Source: Escherichia phage A221. Taken from it: DNA of 64,000 nt. Below, in pieces: positions 8,701-18,383 of this stretch (positions within the stretch are counted from its first letter, which is position 1; each line of letters opens with the position of its first letter). The translations under genes were made by a program, and so were the position numbers. Location: the sequence record ON862890.1, one strand, 5' to 3'. The notes under the pieces are model-generated. The model had not been told where the DNA came from. It ran no database searches and saw only the letters and a list, made by a program, of their open reading frames with translations.

Positions 8701-9189
8701 ATGGCTACTACCAAAACTCTGATCACCAACGGCACCATCTCTTTCGAACTGAACACCGAAGTTGCTAAAGTTGAAATGTTCCGCATCGCTCAGGCGGCTG
8801 GCTTCACTGGTGGCAAAACTTCCTTCATGAACCTGCTGAACGGTAAAGTGAAATCGACTAACGGCTTCACCCTGGTAGAGCAGGTTGTGGTTGACAAAGC
8901 TGTGGTTGCTAAGACTGCTGACAAAGTTGGTATGCTGAAAAACCTGGGTCACGACATCCACATTGTCGAAGCAAGCACCGAAACTTACGGCACCATCGTA
9001 GTCGGTAAAGGTCGCATCCAGCTGAACCCGCTGAACAACGGTTCCTTCTCTGTGATGGTCTTCCCTAAGAAGGGGTATGACAACACCGACATCGTGAAAG
9101 CTGTTGGCGGCGAAGCAAAAGCTCAGTACGTCAAAATGGGTAAACTGAGCACCGACGCAGTTGAAGCTCTGGTGAGCAAACTGGCCTAA
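8701..9189 (+). CDS. hypothetical highly expressed protein (163 aa)
   Basis: RBS GAGG with GGAATTACATCATG start context; very strong optimal-codon bias; hairpin downstream; tool start 8665 is GTG. Confidence 0.55.
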   Translation: MATTKTLITNGTISFELNTEVAKVEMFRIAQAAGFTGGKTSFMNLLNGKVKSTNGFTLVEQVVVDKAVVAKTADKVGMLKNLGHDIHIVEASTETYGTIVVGKGRIQLNPLNNGSFSVMVFPKKGYDNTDIVKAVGGEAKAQYVKMGKLSTDAVEALVSKLA

Positions 9190-9203
9190 TCCATACGTGT
9201 AAC

Positions 9204-9226
9204 ATAGGGGAGGCAACTCCCCCTAT
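9204..9226 (+). terminator. stable hairpin (possible terminator or RNA-stability element)
   Basis: ATAGGGGAG-GCAA-CTCCCCCTAT stem-loop with GNRA-like loop; no clear U tract. Confidence 0.35.
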
Positions 9227-9373
9227 CAGGTCTTGGGAGGAGATCACAGTCATTCAATCCTCTTTAGGCGCTCTCTGGGTTGCTGACACATTCAGAACAA
9301 AGTCTCCCCCAGCTCCTCGAGTAGTTCACTTTCACTTTAAATACCTCTGCATTCATTGTGGAGGTATTTTCTT

Positions 9374-10168
9374 ATGGCCATTCTAAAACTTGGCAACCGT
9401 GGCACTGAAGTGAAGGCACTTCAGGATAGCCTCAACAAAATCGGCTTCACCCTCGTCGCTGATGGTGTCTTTGGCAAGGCAACAGAGAACGCCGTCAAGA
9501 CTGTTCAGGCGGGCGCGGGGCTTGTCATTGATGGTATCGTGGGTCCAAAGACCTCCTATGCTATTCGCAACGCCGGAGACGCCCATCAGGATCATCTAAC
9601 TGAGTCAGACCTGATTGATGCTGCTAACGATCTGGGTGTTGACCTTGCCTCTGTCAAGGCGGTGAATCAGGTTGAGTCGCGCGGCACGGGCTTCACCAAG
9701 TCAGGTAAGATCAAGACATTATTTGAGCGCCACATCATGTATAAGAAGCTGATGGCGAAGTTCGGACAGGCTCGGGCGAATGCCATGGGGCATATGTACC
9801 CGACGTTGGTCAACCCTTCTGCAGGCGGGTACACGGGCGGCGACGCGGAGTTGGATCGACTTCATGCGGCCATCAACATCGATGAGGATTGTGCGTACGA
9901 GAGCGCCTCTTACGGTCTCTTCCAGATCATGGGATTCAACTGCCAGGTCTGTGGATATGCCAACGCCAAGGAGATGTTCAACGACTTCCTGACAGGAGAA
10001 CGTGCTCATTTGATGGCATTCGTGAAGTTCATCAAGGCTGACGCCAAGCTCTGGCAGGCTCTGAAGGACAAGAACTGGGCTGAGTTTGCGCGGCGCTATA
10101 ATGGTCCGGCGTATGCCAAGAACCAGTACGACAAGAAGCTCACAGCAGCATACAAGAGTTTCAGTTAA
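9374..10168 (+). CDS. endolysin: N-terminal peptidoglycan-binding domain plus C-terminal N-acetylmuramidase-like (DUF3380) domain
   Basis: PG-binding-like repeat LQDSLNKIGF...DGVFGKATENAVKTVQ; C-terminal YGLFQIMGFN muramidase-family motif; RBS GGAGG. Confidence 0.7.
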   Translation: MAILKLGNRGTEVKALQDSLNKIGFTLVADGVFGKATENAVKTVQAGAGLVIDGIVGPKTSYAIRNAGDAHQDHLTESDLIDAANDLGVDLASVKAVNQVESRGTGFTKSGKIKTLFERHIMYKKLMAKFGQARANAMGHMYPTLVNPSAGGYTGGDAELDRLHAAINIDEDCAYESASYGLFQIMGFNCQVCGYANAKEMFNDFLTGERAHLMAFVKFIKADAKLWQALKDKNWAEFARRYNGPAYAKNQYDKKLTAAYKSFS

Positions 10169-10173
10169 CTCAA

Positions 10174-10198
10174 AGGCCGGAAACGGCCTTTTCTTTAT
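10174..10198 (+). terminator. rho-independent terminator
   Basis: Hairpin AGGCCG-GAAA-CGGCCT followed by TTTCTTTAT. Confidence 0.6.
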
Positions 10199-10270
10199 CC
10201 AATCCTCAGGTATGCTGGGGTTGTCACCTTAATTAGAGGTGATGACACCCTGAGATATAGGAAGGTTCCC

Positions 10271-11113
10271 ATGCAATCTGCCACCAAAGTTGTAAGTAAG
10301 AAGCCAGCGGGCAAGACCAAGTCAGCACGTAAGAAAGAGACAATCCAGAAAGAAGATGAATGGATGAAGTTCTCTAAAGGTGACTTCAGAATCGCTCCGT
10401 TCAATGGCCTCTCAGAAAATCAGAACCTCGCGTATCAATCTGCTCTTGAAGAAAACCTCACCATCGCAATCGGTCCGGCAGGCACAGGTAAATCGTATTG
10501 TGGTGCCTCAGCCGCCGCCAAGCTCCTGATCGATAAAGTGGTCAGTAAGATCGTCATCACGCGCTCTCCGCTGCCAACAGGCCAGACTGCAGGCTTCCGC
10601 CCTGGCGACACATACGAAAAACTGATGCCATATCTGATGCCCCTGATTCAGACACTGAAGAAGGTGCTGAAGACTGACACAGGCAGCGACGGTTTCTTCA
10701 ACTATCTGTGGGAGAAGCGGATCATTGAGATCCAGGATCTGGAGACCATCAAGGGAATGACCTTCGACGACACCTTCCTGATCATTGAAGAAGCGCAGGA
10801 ATGTGATATGGAGCAGCTGAAGAACCTACTGACCCGCGCATCCGACTCGACTTACATCTTCGTCAACGGTGACATCAAACAGTCCAACAAGCGCCTGCGC
10901 GACAGCGCCCTTGAAAAGTACGTCAGTTCCTTCCGCGACTTCAACGCCAAGCTGGAGACCGGAACCCTGAAGATCGATGGTGTTGGCGTCGGTGATGAGT
11001 ACCCTGAATGGGTTCAGCCGTTCAGTATCATCGAGTTCGACAAGTCTGACCGCAACGGGCGCGGCGACTTCACCCGCCTGATGCTGGAAGTCAACGATCT
11101 GTACGACATTTAA
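10271..11113 (+). CDS. phoH: PhoH-like ATPase
   Basis: Walker A GPAGTGKSY and PhoH-like architecture; RBS AGGAAGG. Confidence 0.85.
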   Translation: MQSATKVVSKKPAGKTKSARKKETIQKEDEWMKFSKGDFRIAPFNGLSENQNLAYQSALEENLTIAIGPAGTGKSYCGASAAAKLLIDKVVSKIVITRSPLPTGQTAGFRPGDTYEKLMPYLMPLIQTLKKVLKTDTGSDGFFNYLWEKRIIEIQDLETIKGMTFDDTFLIIEEAQECDMEQLKNLLTRASDSTYIFVNGDIKQSNKRLRDSALEKYVSSFRDFNAKLETGTLKIDGVGVGDEYPEWVQPFSIIEFDKSDRNGRGDFTRLMLEVNDLYDI

Positions 11114-11196
11114 GTAACTCGCCAACCCTCCCCGCCGCCTTCAATCTACGAGGGCGGCGTATAATAAAACCTGCGTAAACAAACCCGAGGAACACC

Positions 11197-13479
11197 ATGA
11201 TTAACGTTATAAAACGTGACGGATCTTCTGTCCCATTTGATATTGAGAAACTACACGCAGTCGTAGACCGCGCCTGTGATGGCCTGTCTGGTGTGTCAAT
11301 GTCAGAGGTGATCGCTGCATCGAAGATTCAGTTCACCGACAACATGAGAACAGATCGCATTCAGGATATCCTCATCCAGGCTGCGGCTTCACTGATCTCT
11401 GTAGACAAACCCAATTACCAGTATGTGGCTGCTCGTCTGAAGTCGTATGATCTGCGCAAGGCTGTCTATGGCCAGTACAAGCCGCCTCACCTGCTGGATA
11501 TCTTCGTCAAGAACATCAAACAGCGCGTGTATGATCGTGAGTTCCTTGATCTCTACACGACCGAAGAGTTCAACGAGCTGAACGATGTCATCAACCACAA
11601 ACGCGATAAGAACTTCACGTGGGCGGCCATGGGCCAGCTGACAGAGAAGTATCTGCTGCGCGACCGTTCCAAGAAAGACAGCAAGATCTACTACGAAACC
11701 CCTCAGGTCATGTACATGGGCATCTCCATGGCGTTGTTCTCTAACTGGGACAAAGACAGCCGCCTGGAGATGGTGAAAAAGTTCTATGAATATGCCAGCA
11801 CAGGCAAGTTCAGTCTTCCCACCCCGATTATGGCAGGTGTTCGTACTCCTACCCGTCAGTTTAGTTCCTGTGTGTTAATCAAGACTGATGACACCCTGAA
11901 CTCTATCAACGCAACAGCCAAGACCATCGTTGACTATGTGTCCAAACGTGCGGGTATCGGCTTCGACGTCGGGGCAATCCGTGGGATTGGTAGTCCTATT
12001 CGCGGTGGAGAGATGGTTCACACAGGCCTGATCCCGTTCATCAAGTATCTCACTGGGGCACTCAAATCGTGCTCTCAGGGCGGCATTCGTGGTGGTGCAG
12101 CAACAGCGTACATCCCTCTGTGGCATTACCAGTTCGATGACGTCGTTGTTCTGAAGAACAACCGTGGTACTGAAGAAAACCGCGAACGCCGTATCGACTA
12201 TGGCATTCAGATCAACCGCGTGATGTTTGAGCGCCTTGTTGCCAAGCAGCCTCTGTATCTGTTCGACCCGAAAGACAACCGCGAAATGTATGAAGCATAC
12301 TTCGCTGACGTTGACAAGTTCCGTACTCTGTATGAGAACATGATCAAGGCCGCTGATGCTGGTTTGGTTCGTGCTAAAAAGTTGCAGGCAGAAGAGGTGT
12401 TCCAGATGCTGTTGGACCAGCGTTCAGACACAGGCCGCATCTACATCGCGTTTGTCGATCACATGAATGAATATAGTCCATTCAACCTAGACACGATTTA
12501 TTCTTCAAATCTTTGTTTAGAAATCGCCCTACCGACCCGTGAGTTTGAGCAGTACAACGATGAAAACGGGCGCGTGGCTCTGTGCACCCTGGCTTCCTTC
12601 AACCTGACGGCGTTCGAAGATCCTACGGAAATGGAAGACGTGGCGTTCGTGTTGGTGTCTGCGCTGGACATGCTGTTGGAATATCAGGACTATCCAGCGA
12701 TTCAGGCTCGTAAAGCTGTTGAAGACTATCGTCCTCTGGGTGTTGGTATCGTGAACGTGGCTCACTTCTTGGCCAAGAACTTCACGGGCTATGGCTCACC
12801 AGCTGGTCTTGAAATGCTGGATGCGTGGATGGCACACCTGCACTTCTATCTGGTCAAGGCGTCCAACCGTCTGGCTATGAAGTTCGGGGCGTGTAAACGC
12901 AGAACCATCCATAATAATGGGCAGGTCACCGCCGACCTTCAGCCGCTTCCACTTGATATCCTACCAAATGGCAAGAAGCCAGAAGGGATGGCATACGGGC
13001 TGGATTGGGATGGGTTGAAGGATAATCTGAAGACCTATGGTATCCGCAACGCCACCCTGCTGGCAGTAGCCCCTACCGAAAGCTCCTCACAGGTCCTCAA
13101 CGCAACGAACGGCATTGAGCCACCGAAGGGCTTGGTGAGCATCAAGGGTAGCAAGGACGGCACTTATAAGCAGGTCGTCCCGGACGTTGAGACCCTTGGA
13201 CCGATGTATGACCTCAAGTGGGACCTGGACTGTATTGAGTACCTGAAGACCGCTGCTGTCATCCAGCGCTGGGTTGACCAGTCCATCAGTACCAACACGT
13301 GGTATGACCCAGAGAAGTACCCTGACAGCAAGATCCCTCGCGCCAAGATGATGCAAGATATCCTGTCGTTCTATATGTGGGGTGGCAAGACTCTGTATTA
13401 CAACACAAACAAGGACGCCAAGGAAGACGAAGAGCTGAAGCAGGCTGAGGAAACTCAGTGCGATAGTTGTGTTGTATAA
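11197..13479 (+). CDS. nrdA: ribonucleotide reductase class Ia large subunit
   Basis: 760 aa; N-terminal MINVIKRDGS...FD similar to T4 NrdA MQLINVIKSSG; C-terminal redox-active Cys pair CDSC in tail. Confidence 0.9.
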   Translation: MINVIKRDGSSVPFDIEKLHAVVDRACDGLSGVSMSEVIAASKIQFTDNMRTDRIQDILIQAAASLISVDKPNYQYVAARLKSYDLRKAVYGQYKPPHLLDIFVKNIKQRVYDREFLDLYTTEEFNELNDVINHKRDKNFTWAAMGQLTEKYLLRDRSKKDSKIYYETPQVMYMGISMALFSNWDKDSRLEMVKKFYEYASTGKFSLPTPIMAGVRTPTRQFSSCVLIKTDDTLNSINATAKTIVDYVSKRAGIGFDVGAIRGIGSPIRGGEMVHTGLIPFIKYLTGALKSCSQGGIRGGAATAYIPLWHYQFDDVVVLKNNRGTEENRERRIDYGIQINRVMFERLVAKQPLYLFDPKDNREMYEAYFADVDKFRTLYENMIKAADAGLVRAKKLQAEEVFQMLLDQRSDTGRIYIAFVDHMNEYSPFNLDTIYSSNLCLEIALPTREFEQYNDENGRVALCTLASFNLTAFEDPTEMEDVAFVLVSALDMLLEYQDYPAIQARKAVEDYRPLGVGIVNVAHFLAKNFTGYGSPAGLEMLDAWMAHLHFYLVKASNRLAMKFGACKRRTIHNNGQVTADLQPLPLDILPNGKKPEGMAYGLDWDGLKDNLKTYGIRNATLLAVAPTESSSQVLNATNGIEPPKGLVSIKGSKDGTYKQVVPDVETLGPMYDLKWDLDCIEYLKTAAVIQRWVDQSISTNTWYDPEKYPDSKIPRAKMMQDILSFYMWGGKTLYYNTNKDAKEDEELKQAEETQCDSCVV

Positions 13480-13510
13480 ATTGGTCTAAACATACTACCG
13501 TTATATCATC

Positions 13511-13535
13511 AGGGGTGAGAGATCACCCCTTATTA
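13511..13535 (+). terminator. terminator-like hairpin
   Basis: Hairpin AGGGGTGA-GAGA-TCACCCCT followed by TATTAATC. Confidence 0.5.
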
Positions 13536-13549
13536 ATCAGGAAAGAAAC

Positions 13550-14653
13550 ATGAGCGAACAGAAACAATTCTCCGTATTCGACCCAAGCTCGGACAACACT
13601 GGTCTACCGTTCTTCGGTGACCCAGTGAGCATTCAGCGTTACGATGTCGTGGCCTGGCCATTCGTACAGAAGTGGTATGAGAAAGGTCTCAGTCAGTTCT
13701 GGCGTCCTGAAGAGGTGGACATCACCAAGGACAAGGCAGACTTTGCTACCCTGAACGAAGCCGAGAAGCATGTCTACTTCAGCAACCTGAAGCGCCAGAC
13801 CATGCTGGACTCTATCCAGGGTGCGGCTCCGTTCGAGGCGTTTGGTCCATGGGCGTCTACCCCTGAAATGCAGTTTGCTGTCCTTGAATGGACGCGCCAG
13901 GAAGCCATTCACTCTTTATCGTACACCCACATTTTGCGCAACACTGTGAACGATCCAGGTATCGTGTTTGACCACGTACTGGATGTTGCAGAGATCGTGG
14001 ACTGTGCTCACCAGATCAGTGTGTACTACGATGACATGGTACAGTACAGTGGCATGCGTATGGCTGGACGCATCTTCACCCGAGAAGATCTGATGAATGC
14101 CAAACGCGCATTCTGGCGTGCTCTGTTTGCTGCCAACACACTGGAAGGCATCCGCTTCTACGTGTCCTTTGCATGCTCTTGGGCATTCACACAGTTTCAG
14201 AAGAAGATGGAAGGCAATGCCAAAATCATTCGACAGATCGCCCGTGATGAGCAGGATCACCTGATCCTGACCCAGACGCTGCTAAACCGCCTGCCTGGTA
14301 TGGACCCCGACTTTGCAATCATCCGTGAGGAACTGCGTGGTGAGATGACCCAGATGTTCCTGGACGTGGTCCATCAGGAGAAGGAGTGGGCGAACTACCT
14401 ATTCAAAGACGGTTCCATCCTGGGGCTGAACGCCAAGATCCTTCATCAGATGGTAGACTGGCTGGCAACCCACCGGATGGGCGCTATCGGGCATCCATAT
14501 CCCGGTGAACCTCGCAAGGAGAACCCAGTCCCATGGATTAATGACTGGCTAGATAATAAGGCAATGCAGTACGCGTTGCAGGAAGCGGAAGCTCCTGATT
14601 ATCTGATGGGTGTACTGACTGGTTCGGTATCCGATGGCCTCAAATTCGCTTAA
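13550..14653 (+). CDS. nrdB: ribonucleotide reductase class Ia small subunit
   Basis: 367 aa immediately downstream of nrdA; ferritin-like helical protein of expected size with C-terminal aromatic tail. Confidence 0.8.
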   Translation: MSEQKQFSVFDPSSDNTGLPFFGDPVSIQRYDVVAWPFVQKWYEKGLSQFWRPEEVDITKDKADFATLNEAEKHVYFSNLKRQTMLDSIQGAAPFEAFGPWASTPEMQFAVLEWTRQEAIHSLSYTHILRNTVNDPGIVFDHVLDVAEIVDCAHQISVYYDDMVQYSGMRMAGRIFTREDLMNAKRAFWRALFAANTLEGIRFYVSFACSWAFTQFQKKMEGNAKIIRQIARDEQDHLILTQTLLNRLPGMDPDFAIIREELRGEMTQMFLDVVHQEKEWANYLFKDGSILGLNAKILHQMVDWLATHRMGAIGHPYPGEPRKENPVPWINDWLDNKAMQYALQEAEAPDYLMGVLTGSVSDGLKFA

Positions 14654-14662
14654 AGGTGAGAA

Positions 14663-14887
14663 ATGATTACGATCTATTCCAAACAAGGTTGCGCTCAGTG
14701 TGTAACAGCCGAAAATCTGTGCAAAATGAAAGGGCTGGAACACAAGATCCTCAAGCTGGACAAAGATTACCGGCTGGAAGAACTTCAGCAGTTGACGGGT
14801 AAGCCGCGCGTGTCGATGCCTGTAATCGTCCTCGCTGACCAGACCGTGACCGACGTTAATGGACTCGCCGCCAGCATTAAACGCTGA
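14663..14887 (+). CDS. glutaredoxin/thioredoxin-like protein (NrdC/NrdH-like)
   Basis: CxxC active site KQGCAQCV near N-terminus; 74 aa; adjacent to nrdAB. Confidence 0.65.
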   Translation: MITIYSKQGCAQCVTAENLCKMKGLEHKILKLDKDYRLEELQQLTGKPRVSMPVIVLADQTVTDVNGLAASIKR

Positions 14888-14894
14888 CAAGCCA

Positions 14895-14920
14895 AAGCCC
14901 CTCATTGAGGGGCTTTACTT
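14895..14920 (+). terminator. rho-independent terminator
   Basis: Hairpin AAGCCCCTC-ATT-GAGGGGCTT followed by TACTTCTAT. Confidence 0.55.
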
Positions 14921-14992
14921 CTATAATCCCTGCGCTTATACTTCCCAGTAATTCATTGGCATTCGCCACAAATTGAAAGCGGGAACTATATC

Positions 14993-15454
14993 ATGACAAA
15001 CAAAGTACTCACCAACCCACTGCACAACTTCGGTTACATTCAACTCCCTCTGGTGATCGACACCCTGTACGCCGACGACAAAGAAGAGATCTGCTGGTCA
15101 CCCACCGCACTGATTGAACGCGAAATCTTCAAGTCTGTTGTTGATGTCATGTTCCGTATCGGTCGCAATGGACCTCTGGTCTACCTCGGCAAGGTGACTG
15201 AGTTGAAGACAAGCCACAACGAACGCTTCCTTCGTATCGATACAACGGGGTGCTCTCATCAGGACTTCAACACATTGCGCAATTATGTTCTGGTCAACCG
15301 CCCGGTCAGTCAACACCGCCCGTATCTGACTTCAATGCACATCGACAATTTCATCACCGACGTGCACCTCCGCGCCGAAACCCTCCATGAAGAGGAAACA
15401 GGCCGAGCTATCGACACAGTCTTAAATATGGTTGTGATCACCCTGGCGGAGTAG
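14993..15454 (+). CDS. hypothetical protein
   Basis: Start in GGGAACTATATCATG conserved context. Confidence 0.5.
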   Translation: MTNKVLTNPLHNFGYIQLPLVIDTLYADDKEEICWSPTALIEREIFKSVVDVMFRIGRNGPLVYLGKVTELKTSHNERFLRIDTTGCSHQDFNTLRNYVLVNRPVSQHRPYLTSMHIDNFITDVHLRAETLHEEETGRAIDTVLNMVVITLAE

Positions 15455-15459
15455 TCCTC

Positions 15460-15810
15460 ATGCAAGATTACAAAGAGTTGAGAATGCAGCTGGCAGTCCC
15501 CATACCAGACAAAGGTTTATACCAAAACCTGCATCATCTGATGTCTGAAGGGCATATGCTGCCTTTGCGGTCTGAGGATGGATCTCAGATCGGTTATGCC
15601 ACCAGTTGCGTAGTCTACGACAAACCAGGAGACGAAGAGCGCGGACAGGTCAGTGTGGGTTCCAGATTTGTGTTGAACAAGAAGCTGGAGGGATCAGTGG
15701 TTGACGTCAGGCCGATGATTATCCTCTACCAATTCAACGGTAAAGAGATGTTCAGGTTATTGAGCCACTTCATGTTAGTCGTGGCTCAGGCATTCAGGAC
15801 GAAATTCTAA
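15460..15810 (+). CDS. hypothetical protein
   Basis: 116-aa ORF with RBS GGAG; converges on gp25-like gene. Confidence 0.45.
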   Translation: MQDYKELRMQLAVPIPDKGLYQNLHHLMSEGHMLPLRSEDGSQIGYATSCVVYDKPGDEERGQVSVGSRFVLNKKLEGSVVDVRPMIILYQFNGKEMFRLLSHFMLVVAQAFRTKF

Positions 15811-16187
15811 TTCGTCCTTTTCAACCACACGGTGTCTGTTATTGGATCTGGATTGTTGACCACATAGAATGTGATGGTCACGCCCAGAGAATGGTAATCC
15901 TCTGACAGACTCACCGTGACTTCTTCTACCTCTGCTCTGGGTTCATACAGGGCGATGGCGTCCTCTACTTTGTTCTTCACATCTACCTGGATAGTCGGTG
16001 TCGTGTTTTCACCCAGCAGCCCATAAAGCCCCGCGCCGATCCCAGGATAAGTGGGCCAGTCCCCGACTGAAGACATGACGATATTCCGCACGGATTGTAA
16101 GACAGCATACACACCTGATTTCATGGTGACATCTTTGGTCACTGGATGCATGCCGAACTTCAGATCGACATCTTTATACTCTTTCAT
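15807..16187 (-). CDS. 25: baseplate wedge protein, gp25/GPW lysozyme-like family
   Basis: 126 aa; motif ALYEPRAEV and C-terminal NNPDPI similar to T4 gp25 RNYEPRIDK ... DNPDDI; RBS GAGAGG. Confidence 0.65.
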   Translation of the reverse strand: MKEYKDVDLKFGMHPVTKDVTMKSGVYAVLQSVRNIVMSSVGDWPTYPGIGAGLYGLLGENTTPTIQVDVKNKVEDAIALYEPRAEVEEVTVSLSEDYHSLGVTITFYVVNNPDPITDTVWLKRTN

Positions 16188-16260
16188 TTCGCGATCCTCT
16201 CAGGATGCCTATAAGGAGCAGAGAGACGTGCTGCCCCTCTGCCACTAAACTTATACCAAC

Positions 16261-17871
16261 TTACTCTTTGGTGCCGAAATTACCACCATTGTCTTTTAAT
16301 TCTGCCTTGATGTCAATCTCACCCGGACCCGTAGGGGATGCAGGGGTTGCACCTGACAGAGAAGAAGCGCGACCAGCACCTTCGGCATATATGATGTTAC
16401 CATTGATCGTCTGAGCGACAGTCAGTTTGTCAGCGATTATCTCAGTCGTTAGAATCTTAGGAACCTTCAATGTCCCGCCGACCTCCAGAGTCTCGCAGAT
16501 AATGCGTAGAATATTCTGCGCTTGCATTTCCGCTAGGTCACTGAATTTCATCAGCGCTGTGCCCGCAACCACGTTGGAGTAATTGTTGGAATGCAAATGA
16601 TAGACCTCACCTGTCTTGCGCTGAACTTCAGTTCCTTTGACCGTCAGGTTGTGGTCCCCGCCGACATAATAACGCTTGTTGAACATCGTCAGGTCATAGT
16701 GGTCTTTGACGGACTTGTTGACCACATCACCATCCGGCAACATTTGCTTGTAAGACCCAGACTTATGCATCCAATGAAGACGTTCACCACCAGGGGTGTC
16801 ATCCACTTCCATAATATGCCCAGCTCGGGACACCATGACGTTATTGTACGGGTATTTAGAGCCACCCGCAGCCGGAACCATGGTTTCTCCAGTGTTGTCA
16901 ATATCCTGTACTCGTCCAGTAGGAGCCGGAGTCGGTTGTTCCTTTGGAGTACGATCTGGGATAGGTTCTGACCATTTACCATTCTGCTGCGCAGGCACGG
17001 CTGTGGCTGTGTTAGCAGGACCAGGCCAACGATATCCCAAGACCGAAGAACGTCTGAAACGACTAACCTTCACTGAATCGGATTGGTTGCCACCAATACA
17101 CCAGACATAGTTTGCATCGAACTTCTGCACAAACGCTACGTGTCCAAATGTAGGGTTGTTACCACGCCGGAAGACTACGATAGCGCCATATTGTGGTGCT
17201 GACAGTGGAGTGCCCCATGTAAGGTAAGATCGGGCAAGAGCGGAGCGTGTAGACGTGTATCCAGCCTGTATCATAACCCAACCCACGAACGCCGCACACC
17301 ACGACACTTCATCTTCAGAAGCACCAAGGGAGGTTGTCTTGTGATATTCTATAATGCGCGGGTTGTTGTTGAACTTTCCGGCATACTCCTTGATACCTAA
17401 TTCGCCACGAGCGATTGTCATCCACTTCTCTGGATCATACCCGCCAACAGGTGGTTGTGGATCTGGTTGTGGTTCGTCTTCTTGTTTCACAGGAACGTCA
17501 GTGACAGCGTTGTACGCCTGACGTTCTACAGATTGAACGACCTGCCCGAGAGCCAGTGGGTTTGTGTCGGCACCATCAGTAGGACTTGAACCAGTCCAAG
17601 TCCAGGTGATGCGTAAATTCTGGTATGCTTCGTCAAGGGCGAACCCCATAACCTCAGTGCCAGGAATGATACCCGTTGGAGACCAACCTAAACCAGCAGA
17701 GGAGGCATTTGAAGCAGGCATCAGTACCTTCGCCCATGGGAGTTTGTCTGTAGGCAGGAGGACGGGATCGTCGGTGTGTACGCCATATATGCGAACAGCA
17801 ACTCGCCCGTTTTGGTCTGGATCGTTGACATCTTCAACGGTGCCGTAAAACCATCTCATATTGTCTAACAT
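16261..17871 (-). CDS. 5: baseplate central spike (gp5-like) with embedded CHAP/NlpC-P60-like cysteine peptidase domain
   Basis: N-terminal gp5 OB-fold pattern WFYGTVEDVNDP...VRIYGVHTDD; mid-region Cys/His pair SWCAAFVGWV / GHVAFV; C-terminal beta-helix-like needle. Confidence 0.7.
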   Translation of the reverse strand: MLDNMRWFYGTVEDVNDPDQNGRVAVRIYGVHTDDPVLLPTDKLPWAKVLMPASNASSAGLGWSPTGIIPGTEVMGFALDEAYQNLRITWTWTGSSPTDGADTNPLALGQVVQSVERQAYNAVTDVPVKQEDEPQPDPQPPVGGYDPEKWMTIARGELGIKEYAGKFNNNPRIIEYHKTTSLGASEDEVSWCAAFVGWVMIQAGYTSTRSALARSYLTWGTPLSAPQYGAIVVFRRGNNPTFGHVAFVQKFDANYVWCIGGNQSDSVKVSRFRRSSVLGYRWPGPANTATAVPAQQNGKWSEPIPDRTPKEQPTPAPTGRVQDIDNTGETMVPAAGGSKYPYNNVMVSRAGHIMEVDDTPGGERLHWMHKSGSYKQMLPDGDVVNKSVKDHYDLTMFNKRYYVGGDHNLTVKGTEVQRKTGEVYHLHSNNYSNVVAGTALMKFSDLAEMQAQNILRIICETLEVGGTLKVPKILTTEIIADKLTVAQTINGNIIYAEGAGRASSLSGATPASPTGPGEIDIKAELKDNGGNFGTKE

Positions 17872-17905
17872 ATTGAATTCCGGTTGTCAAACAAGGATTT
17901 GAAGG

Positions 17906-17913
17906 TATTTATG
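17906..17913 (-). promoter_or_regulatory. late-promoter-like box CATAAATA (7/8 match)
   Basis: Reverse strand reads CATAAATA about 35 nt upstream of gp5-like start. Confidence 0.2.
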
Positions 17914-18211
17914 CGCAGCTGATTTTGCCTTATATACTATAGGAAGCTCTGCTTCCGTTCATTTTATTTGTTTTATTCGATCCTATTCGCTTCGCTCATC
18001 AAACCGCCCTATGCGGGCAGCACCATTCCAATGCCATGGAGGCATAAGGGCGAGTCAATAACTGTACACCCCAGAACACTCCTTGAAAAATGGTATTTTA
18101 CTGACAATCTGATTCAAAACAGACAAACACCAACAAATGACTCGGGAACAAGCCCATTATAGCAATTTCAGGTAAAGAGAGTGCGTGTTAACCGATTTTA
18201 CAGTTAAGCCA

Positions 18212-18236
18212 ATAAAAATCCCGCCGAAGCGGGATT
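18212..18236 (-). terminator. rho-independent terminator (minus strand)
   Basis: Hairpin AATCCCGC-(CGAA)-GCGGGATT followed on minus strand by TTTTATT. Confidence 0.55.
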
Positions 18237-18383
18237 ACTGTTTCTTAGACAACCTGACCTTGAGGGCTTCGGTTAACAAGTCAAGATGCCATGGCATCGA
18301 CTCGTTGATTTCAAATATGCTATAGCCGTGTAACTTCAATTCATCACACATCACGAAGTAGGATAATAAATCAGTTTCAAACA

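Noticed and set aside
8701-9189. Identification as tail tube protein gp19 (identical length, 163 aa)
   Set aside because: No sequence resemblance to T4 gp19 and the gene has a host-type rather than late promoter
11197-14653. Group I intron or intein in nrdA/nrdB
   Set aside because: Both ORFs are continuous and of canonical length with no internal insertion
17872-18211. Possible ncRNA or tRNA in the 340-nt gap upstream of the gp5-like gene
   Set aside because: No tRNA-like arms or conserved structure; more plausibly a promoter/leader region for the minus-strand gp5 operon
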